A stretch of 64,000 nucleotides of DNA from positions 36,226-100,225 of IMG/VR virus record IMGVR_UViG_3300045391_004554. One strand, 5' to 3'. The translations under genes were made by a program, and so were the position numbers. The notes beneath the pieces are model-generated. The model did no database searches. It had not been told where the DNA came from and saw nothing but the letters and a program-made list of their open reading frames with translations. This DNA is from a virus. Positions 8,959 to 18,200 of the stretch are shown piece after piece (within the stretch, counting starts at the first letter, position 1; every line of letters starts with the position of its first letter).

Positions 8959-8991
8959 CAAGTATAGTAAATTATTTTATTAAAATGCAAA
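8959..8991 (-). promoter_or_regulatory. Bacteroidota sigma-A-type promoter of the leader/tRNA operon (probably leaderless)
   Basis: TTTG (8991-8988), 21 nt spacer, TATACTTG (8966-8959; one mismatch to TAnnTTTG), then CGTC and ATG. Confidence 0.65.
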
Positions 8992-9018
8992 AAGCCCTGT
9001 AAATAAATACAAGGCTTT
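8987..9018 (-). terminator. intrinsic terminator insulating the tRNA operon from upstream transcription
   Basis: AAAGCCTTGT-ATTTATTT-ACAGGGCTTT-TTG. Confidence 0.7.
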
Positions 9019-9101
9019 ACGGTCGTCGCGCCGGGTTCCCCTTACCCTTTGACTTGGTCTGCAATTAAGCTATGCTCGATAGCGGGTTTCTGGTTATCTC
9101 T

Positions 9102-9554
9102 TTATTCTTGATCGTCCGCTTCCTGGAAAGTAAGAATATACTTTACTCCAGGCTTAAGAAAATCAATTGCTCCTTTTGCGCTGATCATCATTTCTAATGA
9201 TCCGCTTGGCGTCGCTTCTGAAAACTGATTATCCTCCGTGTTTCGCTTTGAAGAATAAAGAGCATTCATTTTAACTTTTTGATGGCCACCATAGCCATAG
9301 TTAGTTACCTCATCGCACCTGAATTTGGCACGCATACTTGGTTTTTGTTCGTCAGACATTGTTTGATTTTTTGAGCCTAAACCGGCATTGCTAAAATACC
9401 TATTTATTTCTTTTTCCAATAATAAATTTTGAGCTAACTGCTCGATCTGCCATTCTCCATAAAATATCGGGGCATCCCTCTCAATTGCTTCCTTTAACCA
9501 TGTGTAATCTTCCATACACATATAATACCAAAGCGTGACAAACAAAAAAGTCAT
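9102..9554 (-). CDS. conserved phage hypothetical protein (start uncertain; possibly 9359, MSDEQKPSMRAKF)
   Basis: RAKF.C...EDNQFSEATPSG.LEM.I motif typical of a widespread small phage family; annotated start overlaps a terminator. Confidence 0.6.
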   Translation of the reverse strand: MTFLFVTLWYYMCMEDYTWLKEAIERDAPIFYGEWQIEQLAQNLLLEKEINRYFSNAGLGSKNQTMSDEQKPSMRAKFRCDEVTNYGYGGHQKVKMNALYSSKRNTEDNQFSEATPSGSLEMMISAKGAIDFLKPGVKYILTFQEADDQE

Positions 9555-9822
9555 GTAAATTTACATGACTTTCAATGGCTTTATCCGTTCCAACGTGGAC
9601 TTATCCTTTATGGGCCACGCAGTGATGATCACTTCCGGCTTTCATTCCCATCAGACTCTTCGAGTTTTCCCGTATTTATTCCTCAGCCTATGGTGCGTTC
9701 CGCGCACATACTGAATATTCACCGGTGTATACGTTTCGCCCTGAGTTTCGTTATTGTGGCACATACTCCACGCGTGTCCCCGGAACCCCGCCGCGTCTTT
9801 CAATGTACTCTACCGCCGTTGG
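9545..9822 (-). ncRNA. candidate stand-alone structured ncRNA of about 275 nt
   Basis: TATATTTG element at 9833-9826; GC-rich body; 5' CCAACG complementary to 3' CGTTGG; ends in the palindromic terminator AAAGTCATGTAAATTTACATGACTTT-TTT (9547-9572). Confidence 0.5.
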
Positions 9823-9834
9823 CTTCAAATATAA

Positions 9835-10029
9835 CTAAAAACTGAATATTCCAAAGTGATCCAGCGCCCACAAAAGAAATATTAAGAAGAAAAGAGCGAA
9901 CACAATAGCCTGTAAACTTGGTGACCAAAATCCTACCGTGGCCAGAACAACCCTTAACACATAAAATAATACTGCCATAATCAATAAAAAAATGAGCAGT
10001 GAAATTAACAATCCGATTAATCCGTGCAT
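9835..10029 (-). CDS. small two-TM membrane protein
   Basis: MHGLIGLLISLLIFLLIMAVLFYV...IVFALFFLIFLLWAL. Confidence 0.65.
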   Translation of the reverse strand: MHGLIGLLISLLIFLLIMAVLFYVLRVVLATVGFWSPSLQAIVFALFFLIFLLWALDHFGIFSF

Positions 10030-10082
10030 GGCTTTAAGTTTTAAGTGAATAACCTTAATAACCAATTGATTAGGTTATTGTT

Positions 10083-11033
10083 TTAACGCCAATCGATGCT
10101 GTCTTCGTTACGTTGCATAGACGAATGACGGAGATCATGTTCAAGCGCTTTTTTATTCCCAGTCCACTTATAAAGTCCATTGGCTCCGACATAAATATCT
10201 TCATACGGATCAAACCCGTGATCGCAGATAATATTCCATTTCTCTTCATACCCACGTAGATTCATTTTACCATGCCAATAGTGAATACAAATCCCATCTA
10301 TATACCCCACATTTTTTTTGATAAGCTTGGCCTTTTCCTGATATTTATGGAAGGCTTTAGTTAATCCTTCAGCTGGTTTTCGGGTATTATAATAGCTATC
10401 AACATCCCCCATTAGCGCATTGCAAAGGTGGCTATCCCCACTTCCCATGATGCAGAAGTCAATTAAACCGCCTAATTTGTCCAGAGCTTCGATAGTTGCA
10501 GACCAAGCCAATCCTGGGTGACCGAGTGCTATATTTTCACCATAAGTCCCTCTTCTTTCCTCTGGTTTAGGGAATATTTTGTTGCAGAAGTTAAAGAAAA
10601 CGCCACCACCTATTCCTCCAAGATTGACATAATCAGGCCGAAGCCCCATAGTATAAGAGAAGAGTTGAACAACCTCGTAATGCTCTAGCGCTTCTAGAGT
10701 ATCCTTTACCCAATGAACATTTGTAAACCGGACATCTGCATCTATCCAAGCTACTTTCTTAGCATCTGGAACTAAACGTAGAAGATGTTGGATACCTAGA
10801 TTGATACATTTCTCTTTATGCCATAGGTCTTGATCGCTTCTGAGTTGCAAATCAAATGGGTTACTTGGATCCGTACATTCAAATGGACGGTCTGCGAATG
10901 CGACTTCTACTGTTATTAATACAACATCTTCCTCGCACGCAAGATATTTTTTAAATTCATGATACAGTTGGATACGGCGACGAAAATTACGCGGATTGAA
11001 TATCGGCGTAACGACATAGAGTTTTTCTGACAT
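10083..11033 (-). CDS. GT-A fold glycosyltransferase-like protein
   Basis: VVTPIFNP N-terminal strand, WHKEKCINLG, DxD motif WIDADV, HYWHG; start moved to MSEKLYVV. Confidence 0.7.
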   Translation of the reverse strand: MSEKLYVVTPIFNPRNFRRRIQLYHEFKKYLACEEDVVLITVEVAFADRPFECTDPSNPFDLQLRSDQDLWHKEKCINLGIQHLLRLVPDAKKVAWIDADVRFTNVHWVKDTLEALEHYEVVQLFSYTMGLRPDYVNLGGIGGGVFFNFCNKIFPKPEERRGTYGENIALGHPGLAWSATIEALDKLGGLIDFCIMGSGDSHLCNALMGDVDSYYNTRKPAEGLTKAFHKYQEKAKLIKKNVGYIDGICIHYWHGKMNLRGYEEKWNIICDHGFDPYEDIYVGANGLYKWTGNKKALEHDLRHSSMQRNEDSIDWR

Positions 11034-11048
11034 AGTTAAATTAGAGGA

Positions 11049-11082
11049 TAATAAAGATGGCAGTCCCAAAAACCGCCATCTT
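11049..11082 (-). terminator. terminator-like hairpin upstream of the glycosyltransferase
   Basis: AAGATGGCGGT-TTTTGGG-ACTGCCATCTT-TATT; the G.U pair is possible only on the minus strand. Confidence 0.55.
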
Positions 11083-11228
11083 CGCATTTATTAATCATCA
11101 ACCCAGAATCAATAGCTTACATAAGGCATACCGAAATGTCTAACTCTCTGCCCGGCCAAACTGGATGTTATCAGTAGGTTCTAAGCTACATGTTGCATCG
11201 TTTCATAACCGATATGTAAGTATTTTCA

Positions 11229-11954
11229 TTATACTATTACCGGCCAATCCCAGTGGCCCACTTCCGGATCAGTTGATTCAGCCAGTTTAATTTTGTGTGG
11301 CACATTTTTGCGCAAAGTCCAGCGACCTTCTTCTTCCACGGCAGGGAATATGCGCAAATCCACTTTATGGTTACCATACGATTTAACCACAATTGCTGCC
11401 ACTGAATCTACTTCACCATCCCTTGCCTGAACATCGCCAGGATGAGGATAGAATATTACGATACGACCAATGCTTGGTTTACGAAAACCGGCAGGTAAAA
11501 TATTGTCGTTTGCTTCAGCTAATTTAGCGGCGCGTTTATTTTCTTCTTTTTTGGCAACAGCAGCCTGCTCCTTTGCAGCTTTGTCTTTAGCAGCCTGCTC
11601 GTCGTCCAATTTCTTTTGTGCGGCAGCGGCTTCGTCTTCCTCTTTCTTTTTAGCTTCCGCTTCGGCAGCGGCCTTAGCATCTGCTTCAGCTTTTTCGTCG
11701 GCAGCTTTCTTGGCCTCGTCAGCTTTTAACTGAGCTTCGGCATTGGCTTTGGCCTGGGCTTCTTGCTCTGCTTTTGCTTGATTGGCCGCTTTTTCTTCAT
11801 CGGCTTTTTTCTTAGCCTCGGCATCATCCTGCGCCTTCTTTTCGTCGGCAGCTTTTTTATCAGCGGCTTTCTGCTCAGCAGCAGCCTTTTTTTCTGCAGC
11901 ATCCTGGGCTTTTTTTGCCTCGGCATCCGCTTTTGCTTGTTCCTCTGGTGTCAT
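11229..11954 (-). CDS. Ala/Lys/Glu-rich coiled-coil protein with a C-terminal phage domain (KPSIGRIV..Y)
   Basis: About 150 aa of low-complexity AKE repeats; own TAAATTTG promoter element at 11979-11986. Confidence 0.8.
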   Translation of the reverse strand: MTPEEQAKADAEAKKAQDAAEKKAAAEQKAADKKAADEKKAQDDAEAKKKADEEKAANQAKAEQEAQAKANAEAQLKADEAKKAADEKAEADAKAAAEAEAKKKEEDEAAAAQKKLDDEQAAKDKAAKEQAAVAKKEENKRAAKLAEANDNILPAGFRKPSIGRIVIFYPHPGDVQARDGEVDSVAAIVVKSYGNHKVDLRIFPAVEEEGRWTLRKNVPHKIKLAESTDPEVGHWDWPVIV

Positions 11955-12019
11955 GATTTTCAGTGATTAATATTGATTCAAATTTAAATTATTTTTACAC
12001 ATATAAAATATTTTATAAA

Positions 12020-12223
12020 TTATTTTTCAAGCATTGGCAAACCTAACATCGGGTTACCTTCTATTGGGATTTGGTTGCTCTCAAAATGCTTAACATCTCC
12101 CTTATCATTGAGGCGGACAATCCATATAGAGTTGAGCATCAGCCCATAATCTATAATGAAAAATGCCCATCCTCGTCCAAGCGGAGTAATAACTTCTATC
12201 TGCGGATTCAACTGCGATATCAT
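12020..12223 (-). CDS. conserved small phage protein
   Basis: QLNP.I.V.TPLG.G.A.FIIDYG...N.IW.V motif; overlaps the stop of the giant ORF. Confidence 0.65.
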   Translation of the reverse strand: MISQLNPQIEVITPLGRGWAFFIIDYGLMLNSIWIVRLNDKGDVKHFESNQIPIEGNPMLGLPMLEK

Positions 12224-15200
12224 TTCTTTTTCTTTTGCAGTTCACCCTCTTTTACCAACGCGTCCAACCCATATTTTTCGATCAGTTTTGCCTTGGCAAC
12301 GTTTGACGCGGTAGTCGAGGCGCGTTTGCTATCAACCCCTTTTGCCATCAACTCATTAGCGTAACTCTCTTTGATCTTTTCATAGTATTCCTGGTGATCA
12401 GTCCCAAGCTGGATAACTTTTGAACCTACCTTTAATGGACCTGGTTTACTGATATCCTCGTAGTTTGGTTCATGAAACTTACTGGCCAATGAGAATTCTA
12501 CCTGCTTCCTGATTGACTCAATAGAACGATTCAGATCCGCATCATTCATTCCTGACATGGCTAACATATTAGATAAGAAGCTGGTAGCCATTACCGATTT
12601 CTGATACGGGGTTATATTTACCGGAACACCGTACTTGTCATTATTGTTTATAAATCCGCGATAAATATCTTTCATTAAGTCCCCGTTACCGTTCCATGCA
12701 GCACCAAGCATACCGTAGTTATTGGCATCCTGAACCTGTTGGGTCGGGCTGATATTTGGTTCATAGAAGAACTTACTGTTAGTCAGATCATTTATTCCCC
12801 GCTGGGCCAAATCCTGCGGCGCATTCCCCAGACCGCCAAAGAAGTAATTACCCAAGGTATTGGTGTACCATTTCTGAAAAGCATCATCCTTCATTTTTTC
12901 CAGCTTTTGATCAACCTTTCCCAAAGCCTCCTGTTTTTCTTTGTCGGTACCGAACAAACTGGCAAGCGCATACGTAATGCCTCGTGTTGCCAAGGAAGTT
13001 ACGCCATAACCTATTACAAGCTTTAAACCTTGGAAGAATGCCTCTTCTGTTAGAGCTCCGACCAAAGACATAGCCGCTGTCTTAGCCTCTATTTTCCGGT
13101 AGTTCTCGTCGACGAAAGTATCCTTGCTCGCCAGGGTCCTGTAGTTTTCTACCATCGTCTGGAACTTGTGCAGGTTGAACGAACCAAATGGCAGTATAAA
13201 GGCTTTCACCAGACGATCACCAAACGCACCGCTGTTCAGGAACTTCGATCTGGCAGCTTTTGTATTTTCGTTTAGTTGCTTTGAAGTCATTGACTCCGCA
13301 AATTCTGCAGCTTCCCGGTTTGGATGAGCAGCTTCTTTGGCCCAATCAATATCCTCGAATTTTTTACCTTCGGTATCAATGATATGTTTGGCATAATAAG
13401 TCACCCATGCCCACTCGCCAGATTTAACGTCCCCCCATTTGATCGGCTTTGTGAAAAACTTTTCCTCATGGGCTCCATTCTCCTCCAGGTGTTTGAAGTA
13501 CCTGTTAAAGAAACTCGTAGCCGATTTGATGTGCTGATCGACGATGTTATTTACGTCAGATATCCCTTCCAGATTAAGGGTATTTAATTGGGCCAGGTTC
13601 TCAGCACGCTCCCCGATAGCATGATCTTTCAGTAGCTTTTGAACGGACTCACTACTCATCTGCTGAATAGCCTTATACATCAGCGGCGCATCAAATCCTG
13701 TTGTGGCCAGCGTATTAAAGATGGTGGCTCCCCCTTGCTTTGCCAGCGCAGATAAACTTAATAGCTGCTTAAAAGTACCCGCCTTGGTAATGAAGTTGAG
13801 CCCCTCCTTAACAATCCGGAGTTCCTTTTCACCCATGGTATTGTTAAGGCCCATGCTGTTGAGCACGTAGTCACGTATGGTGTTTTTGTAAAGCGTGTGA
13901 TTTTCATTACCCAACGCATCGCGGAGGTCGCGATTTTTAATGGCTGAGTCAAATATCTGCCGCGCTTTTAAAGTGTGAATGTCTTCGAGCTGGTTCTTGA
14001 TATTCTGATTTTGAACATCAAAGAAATTCAGGTTGAGAACCTTTTGCTTTTCGCCAGACTTGGTAGCAAGCGGATCTCCTTTAACACGTTGCAAGGTACT
14101 TGTAGAACCCTCAGTCGTGTTTTGGTTGGTCGCAGTAAATCCCAGCTCATCAGGTCCTACCACATCGATCAAACCGGAGTTAAGGAAACGATAACCATCC
14201 CGCATATGATTGTTCCATCCCTCATAGTTTTGATTAAGCTGGCGCTCCACTACGTCGCGGTGCCTGTCTCTTAACTGCTCATCGGCATCCCGGTAAGTAT
14301 CATATATCTTCTTCTCACCCTCGTTCAGGAATGGCAAATCTTTTATGTCAGCATATTTAAGACCGGACAACTCCTGTTTATTCATTATATCAATACCGGT
14401 AGCTTCCTTTATTTTTTGGGCAAAACCATTCCATACTTCCCTTTCGATAGCCGCCTCACCATTGTCTTTTTTCAGGCCCTCTTCGCTCTTTAACGCCATA
14501 TCTTTATTGATCGAACTTATACGTTTAACGAGCTCTTTATTCTGCTGATCGGGCGAAGAGAATTCCCTGTTCTGATTAAAGTATGAATACAGAGATAGGC
14601 GCTGGATTGACTCCGGGCTATTGGCAATCTCAGGATGCTCTTTGAATATGGCATGGATCTTCTTACCTATCAGATTATCGTACTCTTGCTTTGCTTTGGC
14701 GAAACCGTTCCTGATCTCATCGAAGTGAGTCCCGGTATTGAGTTTATTCAGGAAAGTAAAGTCATTATTGGCTATCCTGGTCATGATCACCGATAGCGCA
14801 GCACCACGGCTTCTCAGTTCACCCAACTTTGTTTTAAACCGGCCCTCTTTAGCGCCGCGTCCTCGCTCTTCCAGGTAGTTTACCAGCTTCAAAGCTCCCT
14901 CATCACTATTGCCAATTGCCTTAGCTTCGAATATGCCTATGCCATTATGATTGTCATTCAGCAACACATTTTCCAGCACGTTATTGTATAGGCGAAGATT
15001 ATCGGCAGTCTCTCCATCCAATGGTACGTTTTTTAGCGTCTCCAAACTTTCTTTTTGTTCAGGAGAAAGACCAGGATCTTCGGTATTAATAGCATCTTGC
15101 TTAGCTTTCGCAATGTCCTCCAGGTTGTCTCGCAATGATTCCCGGTCGGAAGAGGACCCAGTTTGGATATCCTCCAATATTTTATCAAAGTCCTCCGGCT

Positions 15201-18200
15201 GGCCGGTTACTTCGTTGGTTATCGGATCGATTGACTTCCTTAAACCTGCATCGTACTCATCCAACGCATCGCTGATCTCACCAAGCTTTTTTACCTTTTC
15301 ATTATGAGTCAGCTCCGGATCACGAACAATTCTTTGAATACGTTTTTGAATATCGTAATCGTCTGGTAACGTGCTTCCTTTTTGCTCTGATACAGCCGCA
15401 TATTGAGGGCTTTCCTCTATTGAATTACGGGTATCGACAATATCATTGCCGCGTTGCTTAATATCAAATTCGCGTTCTTTATTAATATAGTCGTTGATCT
15501 GGTTTTCGTCAGCCAATGGGATTGACTTGGCACGCTGAGAGTCGTTTATATCCTTTAGGAAAGTTTTAAGTTCCTTGGGGTTTTCTACCCGGTTAGGATT
15601 TAAACTGGTTAGCTCCCTGATCAATGATTTTATATTAGCAGGAACATAATCCTTATTGAGTAATCCTTTGGCCTCCTTGATCAGCTTCCGGTTCTCGCCT
15701 AAATCACGCATGTAATCTACGCTTGTAACTGCCTTAGACACAAAATCCCTGAATTTATCCAGCCCCTTTTCGGTGGTAATTTTGTTGACCTGGTTGGCGA
15801 AAGCAAGTACATCGCGGTCGTTGAACTTAACGCCACCTAACACGCCGCTCATATGAAGCGAAGTGAGTATCCCATTTACTTCATTACGGATATTCTGAAA
15901 CTGCGATTTCAGCTTTTCGGTTTGCTCCTGGCGCAGGTTTTTCTCCGCATCTACCTTTTCCTGGTAACGGGTGCGCAATTCCGAAAGACGCTTTTGAGTT
16001 TCTCCCTTTTTATACGAATCATATTCCAGGAATGCCTGCTTGGTAGCTTCTTTATAATCCGCTAATTTATCAGCTGAAGCTTTCTTCTCAGCCTTTAATT
16101 TTTCCTGCCATTTGGCTTTCAGATCAGACAGGTTCTTTTTGGCAACATCCTTACGATATTTGTCATACTCTAAAAATGCCTGCTTCTTTTCTTCGCGTAC
16201 GCTGCGAACGCCTTCCTGGAAAGCCCTGTTAAGCTCTGCAATTTTTTCACGTACCGGCTTAAACAAACGGTTCAGTTCGTTCCTGGTACGACCTTGTGGA
16301 TTATTATATTGATCGCGCTTCCATTCACCAAGGCGACGGGCATATTCTGCCATTGTCTCACCCGGATTGCGGTCCGGTTTTTTCATCTGGAACTCGTTGG
16401 CGCCATTAACCTGGTCGCTTCTCAGTTTAGAAATCTCAGTATCCGAAAGCAGGTATTTTGAGTTGATGGTATTCAGGAATTCCTGCACGCCCATGTTTTT
16501 GATATTCTTAAACTTAGAAATATCAAAACCTGTCTTTTCAAGCAAGTAACGTTGGAACTTATTCCAGACGTCATTTATAAAAGATTTTATAACGCCACGT
16601 TTCCCGCTGTTTTTAATAACCTCATCTAAACGTCCGGCACCTTCACGACCAAGCATGGTTACAAATGCCTCATCATTCAGCCTTTTGCCTGATAGGAAAT
16701 ATCCATTTTCTTTTAATTCGGAATGAATATCTTTTGCTTCGCTGCCGTAGCGCTGCATAGCCTCGTAAAGTTTTGGCGCATGCTGTTCGGCCCACCTAGT
16801 TAGGATATGGCCGTATTCATGTATTTGCGTATCGCTGTTGATCTTTTCGGGATTGAAGTGCATCACACCATCCTCGCCAACAAATGCGTTAGGGAGATTG
16901 CTGGAATGCACTTCAATGCCATTTTTATTCATGGCATCTTCAAAGCTTTCTACGTTGTCGTGGAAGTTCGCCTCTATACCAGGTAATACCTTTTGCAGCA
17001 ATCCCTTTGCCAGCAGCACTTTCTGCTCCGGTATGGTATCTCCGTTGCTTTTTTGGAACGGAAGATCATCCTCTAGTTCCTGGGCTGTCCTGTTATCGGC
17101 GTTTCCTTCGGCTCCTTGGGTGGTTTCGGCAGTTCCGGTTTTTTCGGTGTTACCGGCACCCTCGGCAGACGCGGCCTCGTTGTCAGTCCCCAGCCCAGAG
17201 CCTTCAGGCTCGTTTGCAGGTTGATCGTTGCTTCTGCCGCCTGGCTCTTGCCCATTCTGTCGTTCAGTGATAAATTCATGTACTCGCTTGATTTGGTCCT
17301 CGCTCAGCACTGCGCCATCGAAGACAGGGTGAAATATATTAAATACCTCTTCCGGATCTTTTACATACTCGTCAAATTGGCTACGCATCTTATCAGCCCA
17401 CTCAGCGGTTGAAATATTATCGTCCTCGCCAAATGCGTCTTCAAGAATGTCATTAACCAGTTTTGTATTTTCCGGCCCATGCAGTTCTTCTGAAATTGTT
17501 TTCACACCTTCTTTGGTTGCCTCGCCAGCTATTCTTTCCACATTCGTTTTAAAAAGCTTTTTGCCGGTAAGATCATAATATCGATCAGCAATTTCCTTTA
17601 AAGCTGGATTGCCCTTAGGAGTAAAGAACGTACGTTCACCAGATGGATGATCAATCATGAAGTTGGCGATATCCTCTGCGTGCACCACCGGGTTGCCGCC
17701 AAAATATAGCCGGTTAATCTCATCAGCCTGTAAGTGCAAATCAACATTCTTACCTTCACCTTTAAAATAACTCATCCGGATATTAGGAGTTATATTATTG
17801 GCGTCGTTGATCTGGGCGAAGTCTTTTGCAGTAGTACGCGGTCCGTACTGGGCTATTGCCGATTGTGGATTGCCAGTATCATGCAGCTCATGCAGCTTAT
17901 CCAGGTACATCTGGGCTACATGTTCAGGATGGTCCGTCGCATATAGGCGGTTATCCTTTTCAGCCCGATCAAAGCGCTCTGGCTCTACACCAAAGAAATC
18001 GTGCATCTCCTGGCGCGTGAAATCGTCACTGGTACCATCACTGAAAGTGGCACGATATTTACCGCCAAATAAACCCTGAATATCTATTAACCCATGGTCT
18101 TTTGATTGATAAGTAAATGGCTGACCTATAAGAACGGGCTTCTCTGTTTGCGCAGTGGCATCAGTTCCATTCCCATCTCCAATGGTATGAGCATCTTCCG

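Noticed and set aside
9625-9660. Hammerhead ribozyme core (CTGATG...GAAA) in the candidate ncRNA
   Set aside because: Reads CTGATGG rather than CTGANGA and lacks a stem II between the motifs
11470-11970. Several overlapping Ala/Ser/Phe-rich ORFs
   Set aside because: Shadow frames of the AKE-repeat gene; the same applies to most short plus-strand ORFs in the track
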